From a virus (Duplodnaviria > Caudoviricetes): a stretch of DNA of 54,309 bases. The translations under genes and the position numbers were made by a program. Shown here in pieces: positions 8,154 to 17,266 of this stretch (position 1 is its first letter; each line of letters begins with the position of its first letter). The DNA lies in IMG/VR virus record IMGVR_UViG_3300002446_000376, positions 1 through 54,309 of that record; one strand, written 5' to 3'. The notes under the pieces were generated by a model. The model saw nothing but the letters and a program-made list of their open reading frames with translations, did no database searches and was not told the DNA's origin.

Positions 8154-8801
8154 ATGGAAGAAAATACTATAATAAATGGAAATTGTTTAGATTTTATTTC
8201 AGAATTTCCTAACAATGCTTTTATTATTTCTGACCCGCCATATAATCAAAAATATCATTATTTAGAATATAAAGATAATCTAAAAGAAAAAGAATATTTT
8301 GATATGTTATACAAAATATTCAATGACCGAAAATCTGTAATTATTCATTATCCAGAAGAAATTATAAATTTGTTAGGAGGAAAATTAGGAAGATGCGAAC
8401 AAGTGGTTTCTTGGGTGTATAACTCAAATACCGCGAAACAGCACAGATTGGTTACTTGGTGGAATTGTAACCCAGATTTACGAAAAGTCGGGCAGGATTA
8501 TAAAAACCCAACTGATAAAAGAATTGCTCAGAGAATCAAAGAAGGCAAAAGAGCCAGATTATATGATTGGTGGGAAATAAACCAAGTTAAAAATGTTAGT
8601 AAAAAACATTCGCATCCTTGCCCACTACCAGAGGAATTGGTAAGAAGAATTATTTTAACAACAACTAACGAAGGGGATTTAATAATTGATCCGTTTTGTG
8701 GAATTGGCACTGTTTGTAAAATAGCGAAGCAATTAAATCGTAAATATATTGGTATAGAGTTGTCAAAAGAATATTACGAAGAAGCTAAATTAAATGTATG
8801 A
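8154..8801 (+). CDS. N4/N6 DNA methyltransferase (beta class)
   Basis: SDPPY, HPCPLP, DPFCGIGT. Confidence 0.9.
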   Translation: MEENTIINGNCLDFISEFPNNAFIISDPPYNQKYHYLEYKDNLKEKEYFDMLYKIFNDRKSVIIHYPEEIINLLGGKLGRCEQVVSWVYNSNTAKQHRLVTWWNCNPDLRKVGQDYKNPTDKRIAQRIKEGKRARLYDWWEINQVKNVSKKHSHPCPLPEELVRRIILTTTNEGDLIIDPFCGIGTVCKIAKQLNRKYIGIELSKEYYEEAKLNV

Positions 8802-9121
8802 AAATATATATCGCCGCGCCATATACAAATGGAGATGTTGCAAAAAACATTAGAAAAGTTATGGAAGTAGCAAATATTTTAATGGATAGAGGACATTATC
8901 CTTATATTCCTCATCTTACTCATTTTCAGCATATTTATTTTCCACGGCCATATGAAGACTGGTTGAAATTAGATAACGCATTTATTCCTTCGTGCGACGC
9001 ACTATTAAGATTAGAAGGAAAAAGTAGCGGAGCGGATAAAGAAGTTGAATTAGCAAAAAAGTTAGGATTAAAAATATTTTATAATCTATCAGAAATATGG
9101 AATTTAAACAAAACGAAATAA
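8798..9121 (+). CDS. DUF4406 / nucleoside deoxyribosyltransferase-like protein
   Basis: KIYIAAPY...CDALLRL.G.SSGADKEVELA. Confidence 0.75.
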   Translation: MKIYIAAPYTNGDVAKNIRKVMEVANILMDRGHYPYIPHLTHFQHIYFPRPYEDWLKLDNAFIPSCDALLRLEGKSSGADKEVELAKKLGLKIFYNLSEIWNLNKTK

Positions 9122-10734
9122 ATAAAATCTATTGTGGAGACAGTTTAGAAGTTTTAAAAACTTTTCCTGACGATTCGATAGATTGTTGTATATCGTCGCC
9201 TCCCTATTGGGGACTTCGTGATTATGGAATTGGTGGACAAATTGGATTAGAAAAAACACCAGAAGAATATGTTAATAACATAGTAAATATTTATAGAGAA
9301 ATAAAAAGAGTTCTTAAAAAAGAAGGGACTTGTTGGTTGAATTTGGGGGATAGTTATTATAATTATCGGCCAGGAAAAGGGCAACGAGTAACTCCAAATT
9401 CAATAGCAAGTCAAAAAGCAGCAGAAATGGATATTTGCCCAAGGAGAGGAAATATAATCGAAGGACTAAAAGAAAAAGATTTGGTTGGAATTCCTTGGCG
9501 AGTTGCGTTTGCTTTACAACAACCATATTACACAGGAAAAATTAAGGATGAAAAAGATAGGGTTTGGCTTGCGGCTATGGTTGATGCAGAGGGTTCCATT
9601 TGTGGCTCGGAGTATCAAAATAATGGGCGAACTAAAACTAATATCTATATCAGTATCACAAATACTTCAATGCCCATTATAGATAAATGCGAGCGACTTT
9701 TCCCGCAAGAAATAAAACACATTTACGAAAAAAAGAACGAAAACTCCAGCCGCATTTGTTATCGTTGGGATGTAGAAAAGATGGAACAAAAATCACTTTT
9801 TATTCGTGAGATTTATCCACATCTTGTAGCAAAACGAAAACAAGCAATTCTTGGTTATAATTTTTTAGAAATGCAAAAAGGGATAATAAGCAAAAAGAAA
9901 GGATATTTAATTGAACAACAAGAAAAAAGGTCTTGGTTAATAAATGCACTTTCGGAATTAAATAATGGAAAAGATGTTAAATTGCCAAGTTGGATGATTG
10001 AACCACCATCCCTTCTTGAAGAAGGATTTTATTTACGCCAAGATATTATTTGGGCAAAAAACAACCCAATGCCGGAAAGCGTAACTGATAGATGTACAAA
10101 ATCTCACGAATATGTTTTTTTGTTGACTAAATCACCAAAATATTATTTTGATAATGTAGCAATAAAAGAGCCGACCGTTACAAGAAATAAAACAAATAGA
10201 GATAGAGATTCCACCAGATTAAACAACACACCAGGAAGAACAAAAATGTCAGGATTAAAAACTAATGATTATGAAACCCGTAATAAACGTGATGTTTGGA
10301 ACATAAACACAAAACCATTTAGAGAAGCTCATTTTGCAACATTCCCAGAAGCATTAGTAGAACCAATGATAAAAGCAGGATGCCCTGAATTTATTTGTAA
10401 TAAATGTGGAAAGATATTAGAAAAAAAATATGAAAGGGTAGATTCAGAAATTCAACGGCCGAGAAAATTCGGGCATAACGGAAATAACGATAGAAATGAT
10501 ACTGGTGATATTTACAAAGAAAAAATATCAAAGTTTATAGGATATAATGAATGTAATTGTGATGCAGGATTTTCTGGCGGGATAGTTCTTGATCCTTTTA
10601 TGGGTTCGGGCACGACTGGTGTAGTAGCAAAGAAATTAGGACGAAATTATATAGGAATCGAACTTTCGCCAGCATATATTACAATCGCAGAAAAAAGATT
10701 AGCAGAAACAACAAAACAATTAAGTTTAATATAA
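9097..10734 (+). CDS. N4/N6 DNA methyltransferase with in-frame LAGLIDADG insertion
   Basis: SSPPYWGLRDYG, RQDIIWAK.NPMPES, HFATFP, DPFMGSGTT. Confidence 0.9.
   Translation: MEFKQNEINKIYCGDSLEVLKTFPDDSIDCCISSPPYWGLRDYGIGGQIGLEKTPEEYVNNIVNIYREIKRVLKKEGTCWLNLGDSYYNYRPGKGQRVTPNSIASQKAAEMDICPRRGNIIEGLKEKDLVGIPWRVAFALQQPYYTGKIKDEKDRVWLAAMVDAEGSICGSEYQNNGRTKTNIYISITNTSMPIIDKCERLFPQEIKHIYEKKNENSSRICYRWDVEKMEQKSLFIREIYPHLVAKRKQAILGYNFLEMQKGIISKKKGYLIEQQEKRSWLINALSELNNGKDVKLPSWMIEPPSLLEEGFYLRQDIIWAKNNPMPESVTDRCTKSHEYVFLLTKSPKYYFDNVAIKEPTVTRNKTNRDRDSTRLNNTPGRTKMSGLKTNDYETRNKRDVWNINTKPFREAHFATFPEALVEPMIKAGCPEFICNKCGKILEKKYERVDSEIQRPRKFGHNGNNDRNDTGDIYKEKISKFIGYNECNCDAGFSGGIVLDPFMGSGTTGVVAKKLGRNYIGIELSPAYITIAEKRLAETTKQLSLI
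9520..10017 (+). mobile_element. in-frame LAGLIDADG endonuclease domain without intein motifs
   Basis: WLAAMVDAEGSI..ISITNT..YPHLVAKRKQA splits the conserved AFALQ-xxG-FYLRQDIIW. Confidence 0.75.
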
Positions 10735-10735
10735 A

Positions 10736-12460
10736 ATGAACATACTATCACTTTTTGACGGAATTAGCGTTGCCAGAGTTGCGTTAGAACGTGCAAATAT
10801 TAAAGTAGATAAATATTTTTCTTCAGAAATAGACAAGTACGCAATTCAAGTTAGTACAAAAAACTGGCCTGATATTATTCAATTAGGAGATGTTAAAAAT
10901 ATAACAAAAGATACTATTTCTTCATATCAGGGAATAGTAGATATAGATTTGATAGTTGGAGGATTTCCTTGCCAATCGTATTCAATTTCTGGAAATAGAG
11001 AAGGCATAAATGATGATAGGGGAAAATTAGTATTTGAATGTAAAAGATTAGTTGATGAATTGAAACCTAAATTTTTTATTTTTGAAAATGTAAATTCGAT
11101 GTCAAAAGAAAATAAAAAGTTTATAGATAATCTTTTTGGCATTGACCACATAATGATAAATGCTTCTTTAGTTTCTGCTCAAAATCGAAAAAGAATATTT
11201 TGGGTTGGAAAGAGAGTTGGTAATAAATATGTTAAAGTTGAAATTACACAGCCAGAGGATAAAAATATATTTTTAAAAGATATTTTAGAAAAAGAAGTTG
11301 ATGAAAAATACATAACAAAAATGAATTTTACAAAAAGGATTGACTATACTTTACATAAAAATCCATTTGATAAAAAAGCACAATGTTTTAGAGCATCGGA
11401 CTATAAAGGAACTCACAATATGATAGTTTTAGATAACAACGGCAAAGAGAAATTAAAATCAAACACCCTAAGAACAAGTGGGAAAGGGAGTGGGTTAAAA
11501 GATAAACATAATTGGGATACTATTAGGGTCGGCGAAATAGGTAAGGGAGGGCAAGGAGAACGTATTTATTCTATAGAAGGAAAGAGTGTAAACTTAAATG
11601 CAAATGGAGGAGGAAGAGGAGCAAAAACCGGATTATATTTGGTTGGTAATACAAATCCGAGCGGAAATGGTATGAATGGTTGTGTTTATGATAGTAATGG
11701 TAAATCGCCGACGCTAACAACAAACAAAGGTGAAGGAAATAAAGTTTTAGTTAATGAAGTCGTTAGAAAGCTAACTCCCATCGAGTGCGAGCGGTTGATG
11801 TCATTAGATGATAATTATACGCAAGTTTTAGAACCATATATTTTAGATAAAAATTGTGATAAAATACAAGTATGGAAAAATGTATTGTCAAAGATTGCCA
11901 GAGAAAAAAACAAACAAATTGTGGAGCTTGCCTGCTCCATTACAAACGATTTAAAAGACATGGCTCGTTTGATTTATCAAAACGAAAAATCAAAAAATGT
12001 AGATATTGTGATAGAAATGCAATCGCAAGAGAAATGTGTAACAAACATTATCAAAATTGGAATAGGCACAAAGATCCACTCTACACAGATAAAATTAGAG
12101 AAAAAACAAGGAACTCTTTGGATTGTAGAGGATATAAAAGAGGAACTATTGACAGACATGAACATAGAGATATTATGGAAAAACATTTGGGGAGAAAATT
12201 GGGAAGAAATGAAATTGTGCATCACATCAATCTTGATAAAACTGATAATAGAATTGGAAACCTTTATTTGTGCAGAAGATCAAAACATATGCAGTTACAT
12301 AACGAACTTGAGGTTATTGGCGGAAAACTTATTGAAAGAGAAATTATATCTTTTGATGGTGAAAAATACATCATTAATTAGCAACTCTCAAAGATATAAA
12401 TGTTGCGGCAATGCGTTTAACGCAGAAGTAGTGAAACATATATTAAGTTTTATAAAATAA
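10736..12460 (+). CDS. dcm: C5 cytosine DNA methyltransferase with ~185-aa insertion
   Basis: LSLFDG, GGFPCQ, FENV, QNRKR, RKLTPIECERL, RYKCCGNA. Confidence 0.9.
   Translation: MNILSLFDGISVARVALERANIKVDKYFSSEIDKYAIQVSTKNWPDIIQLGDVKNITKDTISSYQGIVDIDLIVGGFPCQSYSISGNREGINDDRGKLVFECKRLVDELKPKFFIFENVNSMSKENKKFIDNLFGIDHIMINASLVSAQNRKRIFWVGKRVGNKYVKVEITQPEDKNIFLKDILEKEVDEKYITKMNFTKRIDYTLHKNPFDKKAQCFRASDYKGTHNMIVLDNNGKEKLKSNTLRTSGKGSGLKDKHNWDTIRVGEIGKGGQGERIYSIEGKSVNLNANGGGRGAKTGLYLVGNTNPSGNGMNGCVYDSNGKSPTLTTNKGEGNKVLVNEVVRKLTPIECERLMSLDDNYTQVLEPYILDKNCDKIQVWKNVLSKIAREKNKQIVELACSITNDLKDMARLIYQNEKSKNVDIVIEMQSQEKCVTNIIKIGIGTKIHSTQIKLEKKQGTLWIVEDIKEELLTDMNIEILWKNIWGENWEEMKLCITSILIKLIIELETFICAEDQNICSYITNLRLLAENLLKEKLYLLMVKNTSLISNSQRYKCCGNAFNAEVVKHILSFIK
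11872..12381 (+). CDS. HNH homing endonuclease nested in an alternative frame of dcm
   Basis: Two C-C-C-H zinc repeats then HRDIMEKHLGRKL..EIVHHINLDKTDNRIGNL..H. Confidence 0.85.
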   Translation: MEKCIVKDCQRKKQTNCGACLLHYKRFKRHGSFDLSKRKIKKCRYCDRNAIAREMCNKHYQNWNRHKDPLYTDKIREKTRNSLDCRGYKRGTIDRHEHRDIMEKHLGRKLGRNEIVHHINLDKTDNRIGNLYLCRRSKHMQLHNELEVIGGKLIEREIISFDGEKYIIN

Positions 12461-12461
12461 T

Positions 12462-15461
12462 ATGCAAATAAAAAAAAGAGATAATAAAATAGTAGAATTT
12501 GATAAGTCTAAAATTGAATCAGCTATTAAAAAAGCAATTACTGCCGTAGGGGAAAAAAAATATTCTGATATTTTATTATCTTCTGTTTTGCAATTATTGC
12601 CCGCCAGCGATACCGTTTCGGTAGAACAAATCCAAGACGTAGTTGAAGATGTTTTGATTGATAACGGATTCAAAAAAGAAGCTAAGGCTTATATTATTTA
12701 TAGAGAGCAGAGGAGGCAAGCAAGAGAGTTTGATGAAGTTAAAAACGAAAGCAATAATAAAATAGATTCTTATCTTGATGATAAAGATTGGGAAGTTAGA
12801 GAAAATGCGAATACTACTTTTTCGCTTCAGGGATTAAACCATTATGGATATTCTTATATCAGCAAAAAATATTGGCTCAATAAAATTTATCCAAAAGAAA
12901 TTAGAGAAGCTTATTATAAAGGAGATATACATATTCACGATCTTGGCGGACTTGCAAATTATTGTGAAGGGTGGAGTCTTATGGATTTATTAAGTAAAGG
13001 ATTTAAAGGAGTTCCTGGTAAAATAGAATCTGCTCCTGCTAAACATTTTAGAACTGCTTTAGGACAAGTTGTTAATTTTATTTTTAGTATGTCGGCTGAG
13101 TGCATGGGGGCAGTGGCTTTTTCAAACTTTGATACATTATTGGCTCCTTTTATTTATTACGATAATCTTAATTATTCTCAGGTAAAACAAGCACTTCAAG
13201 AATTTTTATTCAATATGTGTGTAAGCACTCGTACCGGCTTCCAGCCCGCCTTTTCCAACATAACTCTTGACTTGAGTCCTTCTGTTGTTTATGCAAAACG
13301 GCCAGTTGTTATCGGAGGAAAATTACAAGATAAAACATATTCAGAATTTCAAAAAGAAATGGATATGTTTAACAAAGCATTTTTTGAAACAATGATGGAA
13401 GGGGATTCAAAAAATTCAGTATTCACATTCCCAATTCCGACCATCAATATTACGAAAAATTTTCCGTGGAACAATCCAGCACTCGAACCAATGTGGGAGG
13501 CTAATGCTAAATATGGTATTTGTTATTTTGCAAATTATATCAATTCTGATATGGACCCAAATGACGTTTTAAGTATGTGCTGTCGTTTGTCAATCAGAAA
13601 AGATCAATTAAAAAATCGTGGAGGAGGAGGATTGTTTGGTTCCGGCGATAAGACCGGCAGCATTGGGGTAGTAACGACGAATATGGCTCGTATTGGTTAT
13701 GTTGCAAAAACAAAAGAAGAGTATTTTAAATTGTTGGAAGAGAAAATGGAATTAGCAAAGAAAAGTTTAGAATTAAAAAGAAAAGCAATTGAAAGATGGG
13801 CGGATAAGGGTCTGTATCCATATACTAAATATTATCTTTCAGAAACAAAAGAAAAAAATGGTTCTTATTTTGCAAATCATTTTTCAACGATTGGCCTTTT
13901 GGGTATGAATGAATCTTTGCTAAATTTTATAGGAAAAGATATAGGAACTCCTGAAGGAATTGAATTTACCAAAGAAGTAATGAACTTTATGAGGTCTAAG
14001 CTTTTAGAATATCAAAAAGAAACAGGAAATCTATATAATTTAGAAGCATCACCTTGCGAAAGTTGTCTTGACGGCAATACTTTAATTAAAACGCTTGATG
14101 GAGATTTTGCAATTAAAGATTTGGTTGGAAAAACTCCTGTTGTTTATACTTATGATGAAAAAGATAGAAAAATAAAATTAAAAAAAGCTAATAGAGTTTG
14201 GAAAACAAGCGAAGCTTCCCAAATTTATAGAATTTGGTTTGATGATAGAACTTTTATAGATTGCACAGGCAATCATCCTTTTGCCCATCACTCAAATGGA
14301 AAAGGAACGAAGCCGATTACTTGGGTTCCTGCTGCGTTATTAAAACAAAACTATAGTTTAAAAGCAATAGACTTTAATAATAAAAGATATTGTATTATAA
14401 ATTCGAGACAACATAAAACTCATATTGTATATGAATATTTTTCAGGAGAAAAAATAGAAAAAGGAGAAGTTATTCATCATAAAGACTTTAATAAATTTAA
14501 TGACTCTTATGAAAATTTACAAAAAATGACGGATTCTGCTCATAGAAGACTTCATTATATGGCTTGCACATCTGATTATTGTAAATGTAGAGGAGGCGAA
14601 AAAAATCCTTTTTATGGTCAACATCATTCTGATAAAACTAAAGAAATATTAAGAAATCAACGAGTTGGTAAACCTATTATATTGAAGAATATAACTAAGG
14701 AAGATTTTAGAAAAAAACAATCAGAAATTGCAAAAGCAAAACCATATTATAAACATTCAAAATTTAGAAAGGATATTAAAGATTCGGATATTCTTGATTT
14801 ATATAATGAAGGAAAAAGTGCATATGACATTTCTAAATTATTAAATTGTAATTATAGTCTTATCGTTGGTAGGTTTACAAGACTTAAATTAAATCATAAA
14901 GTTGTAAAAGTTGAATTGTTAGAAGGATTGCGACCAGTATATAACATGGAAGTTGAAGATACTAATTGTTTTTTTGCTGGGTCTGGCGTTTTAGTTCATA
15001 ACACATCGTATAGGATGGCATTAAAAGATAAAAAAGAATTTCCTGATATTATAACAGCAGGCATACCAGAAACTCCTTTCTACACTAACTCAACACAACT
15101 CCCAGTCAATTATACTGATGACGTTTTTGAGGCGTTAAAATTACAAGATGGAATAACTCCTTTATTTTCAGGTGGTTCGGTTCATCATATTTTTGTTGGT
15201 GAGAGATTGTCTGATATAGAAAGTGTAAAGTCGTTAATTAAAACAATATTTACTAAATTTAGAGTACCTTATATATCACTAACTCCTACTTTTTCAATAT
15301 GTGAGGAGCATGGTTATATAAATGGAGAAGTTGATAAATGTCCTCAATGTGATAAAGAAGTTTTAACTTTCTCAAGAATTGTCGGCTACTTGCGCCCAGT
15401 AAAACAATTTAATGAGGGAAAGAAAATTGAATATTCACAGCGAAAGCTTTATAAAATATGA
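12462..15461 (+). CDS. nrdD: anaerobic ribonucleoside-triphosphate reductase with ATP cone and intein
   Basis: N-terminal ATP cone, HIHDL, YCEGWS, SMCCRL, CEEHGY..CPQC, SRIVGY glycyl-radical motif. Confidence 0.95.
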   Translation: MQIKKRDNKIVEFDKSKIESAIKKAITAVGEKKYSDILLSSVLQLLPASDTVSVEQIQDVVEDVLIDNGFKKEAKAYIIYREQRRQAREFDEVKNESNNKIDSYLDDKDWEVRENANTTFSLQGLNHYGYSYISKKYWLNKIYPKEIREAYYKGDIHIHDLGGLANYCEGWSLMDLLSKGFKGVPGKIESAPAKHFRTALGQVVNFIFSMSAECMGAVAFSNFDTLLAPFIYYDNLNYSQVKQALQEFLFNMCVSTRTGFQPAFSNITLDLSPSVVYAKRPVVIGGKLQDKTYSEFQKEMDMFNKAFFETMMEGDSKNSVFTFPIPTINITKNFPWNNPALEPMWEANAKYGICYFANYINSDMDPNDVLSMCCRLSIRKDQLKNRGGGGLFGSGDKTGSIGVVTTNMARIGYVAKTKEEYFKLLEEKMELAKKSLELKRKAIERWADKGLYPYTKYYLSETKEKNGSYFANHFSTIGLLGMNESLLNFIGKDIGTPEGIEFTKEVMNFMRSKLLEYQKETGNLYNLEASPCESCLDGNTLIKTLDGDFAIKDLVGKTPVVYTYDEKDRKIKLKKANRVWKTSEASQIYRIWFDDRTFIDCTGNHPFAHHSNGKGTKPITWVPAALLKQNYSLKAIDFNNKRYCIINSRQHKTHIVYEYFSGEKIEKGEVIHHKDFNKFNDSYENLQKMTDSAHRRLHYMACTSDYCKCRGGEKNPFYGQHHSDKTKEILRNQRVGKPIILKNITKEDFRKKQSEIAKAKPYYKHSKFRKDIKDSDILDLYNEGKSAYDISKLLNCNYSLIVGRFTRLKLNHKVVKVELLEGLRPVYNMEVEDTNCFFAGSGVLVHNTSYRMALKDKKEFPDIITAGIPETPFYTNSTQLPVNYTDDVFEALKLQDGITPLFSGGSVHHIFVGERLSDIESVKSLIKTIFTKFRVPYISLTPTFSICEEHGYINGEVDKCPQCDKEVLTFSRIVGYLRPVKQFNEGKKIEYSQRKLYKI
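14064..15002 (+). mobile_element. 313-aa intein with HNH endonuclease
   Basis: ES|CLDGNT...CTGNHPF...VYNMEV...LVHN|TSYR; IHHKDFNKFND, GEKNPFYGQHHS (NUMOD3-like). Confidence 0.93.
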
Positions 15462-16003
15462 AATATAATATTATATACGCAGACCCTCCTTGGGGTAGCA
15501 ACACACAATTCGGTCGGGATAAGAAAAAAGGGAATGAACAGCATTATCCTTTGATGACTTTGGAAGATATTAAAAATCTACCGATTAAAAACATAGCCGC
15601 GGAAAATTGTATTTTGTTCTTGTGGGTCGTTGATACTCAATTATTTGACGCAAAAGAAGTAATAGAATCTTGGGGGTTTAAATATAAAACCATCGGGTTT
15701 ACTTGGATTAAAAAAACAGTAACAGAAAAAGATCATTTTGGAATTGGTATGTGGACTAGAAAAAATCCAGAAATATGTTTGATTGCAACAAAAGGAAAGA
15801 TAAAAAGACAAAATGCTGGCGTGAGACAATTACAAAGATATAGAGTAAGAGAACATTCTCGTAAACCAGATGAATTTAGAGATGAGATAGTTAAGTTAGT
15901 TGGTGATTTACCACGAGTAGAATTGTTTGCCCGCCAGACTGCAAATGGATGGGACGCGATAGGAAACGAAATTGATGGAAAAGATATAAGAGAAATGTTT
16001 TAA
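15458..16003 (+). CDS. MT-A70 family adenine methyltransferase
   Basis: YADPPW, LFLWV, HSRKP, ELFAR. Confidence 0.9.
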   Translation: MKYNIIYADPPWGSNTQFGRDKKKGNEQHYPLMTLEDIKNLPIKNIAAENCILFLWVVDTQLFDAKEVIESWGFKYKTIGFTWIKKTVTEKDHFGIGMWTRKNPEICLIATKGKIKRQNAGVRQLQRYRVREHSRKPDEFRDEIVKLVGDLPRVELFARQTANGWDAIGNEIDGKDIREMF

Positions 16004-16007
16004 CCCC

Positions 16008-16036
16008 TTGCAAAACATATTAAAATATGCTATATA
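16008..16036 (+). promoter_or_regulatory. class B promoter
   Basis: TTGCAA-17-TATATA with TG extension. Confidence 0.65.
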
Positions 16037-16144
16037 TAAAATAGATTAAAAAATATTTTACAGGTGTTGTTTTTATCTTTATAATGAAAGTAGTAGTTCT
16101 TTAACATAAAGAATTGGCGCGAAATATTGAAACAGGAGGTTAGT

Positions 16145-16282
16145 ATGAAAGAATCTTATTGGCAAGGTGTTGTTAATCAACTTCAAGTTGAAAAGAAGTA
16201 TTGTCAACGAAGAATTGCTGATATTGAAAAAGAAATTGGGGATATTGAGATAGTTCAAGCAATGAACAAAGAAGGAGGTTAG
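16145..16282 (+). CDS. 45-aa coiled-coil peptide
   Basis: AGGAGG RBS, MKESYWQGVVNQLQVEKKYCQRRIADIEKEI. Confidence 0.55.
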   Translation: MKESYWQGVVNQLQVEKKYCQRRIADIEKEIGDIEIVQAMNKEGG

Positions 16283-16285
16283 ATA

Positions 16286-16420
16286 ATGCACTATGAGTGT
16301 AATGCTAATCCAGGCATAGAGATAGACAAGGCAACTCTTGAATTATGCAGAATGAAGAGGTGTGAAAGAATCATTGAGGTGAAGGACGATGGACTTCAGT
16401 TTAAGAACAGATATAGATGA
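16286..16420 (+). CDS. 44-aa hypothetical protein
   Basis: AGGAGG RBS, MHYECNANPG... Confidence 0.45.
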   Translation: MHYECNANPGIEIDKATLELCRMKRCERIIEVKDDGLQFKNRYR

Positions 16421-16589
16421 CAACTTTTTCTATTTTAGCGTGGCTAATGTAACAATAGCGTTTTTTCACGCAGATATAGATAAGGTCATCGGTAAATTGG
16501 AAAATGTGAAAAAAGAAATTAGAAAGAATGAAAAAGGAGAGCAAAAAAGAATAAACTATGCGGACTTTGACGGATTGGGGGTATCTTAG
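16389..16589 (+). CDS. hypothetical protein
   Basis: ORF track. Confidence 0.45.
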   Translation: MDFSLRTDIDDNFFYFSVANVTIAFFHADIDKVIGKLENVKKEIRKNEKGEQKRINYADFDGLGVS

Positions 16590-16825
16590 TGGACGATGAT
16601 ATAGAAAAAAGAGTAAGATATAAAACTGTGGAAGCGGATATTATCGAAGTAAGTTTGGGAGTGGAAGAAAAAATTGTTTCTTTAACTCTATACTCCGATA
16701 GATATAAAACACAAACCAACATATTTCTTAATGAGGAAAGTATAGAACAAGTCATAGAGCTTTTAGGAAAGGTTGTTGACTATACGGTTAAGAAAAAAAT
16801 TGAGGCATTGCCTGGATACCAATAA
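16589..16825 (+). CDS. hypothetical protein
   Basis: ORF track, GTG start coupled to upstream stop. Confidence 0.55.
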   Translation: MDDDIEKRVRYKTVEADIIEVSLGVEEKIVSLTLYSDRYKTQTNIFLNEESIEQVIELLGKVVDYTVKKKIEALPGYQ

Positions 16826-16835
16826 GGAGGTAAAG

Positions 16836-17150
16836 ATGGGACACCGGAAGAAGTATAAAGACGAGGAAGGAAAGAAAAAGAAAAAAAGGCATAGACGAGT
16901 GGAAATAGGAGGTTGTAGTAAAGAAGGATGGGAGATAATAAAAAGGGTTTATGATTATACATGCCCTGTCTGTGGTCGCCGTGAGCCGGAAATAAAGCTA
17001 ACAAAAGACCACATCATTCCAGTTGGATTAGGAGGTACGTCTTATATAGAAAATCTTCAACCGTTATGCACCAAATGCAATCAGGCAAAAGGAAAGGCAA
17101 AAATGTATTATCCTCCCCCGATATTAGTATCGTCAATGAAATGCGTATAA
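16836..17150 (+). CDS. zinc-binding HNH endonuclease
   Basis: CPVCG..LTKDHIIP..GG..IENLQPLCTKCN; AAGGAGGT RBS before 16836. Confidence 0.85.
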   Translation: MGHRKKYKDEEGKKKKKRHRRVEIGGCSKEGWEIIKRVYDYTCPVCGRREPEIKLTKDHIIPVGLGGTSYIENLQPLCTKCNQAKGKAKMYYPPPILVSSMKCV

Positions 17151-17266
17151 AGTTAAAAATGGCAAACTCATACCTAGTATGATATGCCTACTTTTTTCAG
17201 AAAATAAAAAATTGTTTTTTGAAAGAATTAGGTATGATATAAGTTGTTTTTAATTTTTCTAAAAAT

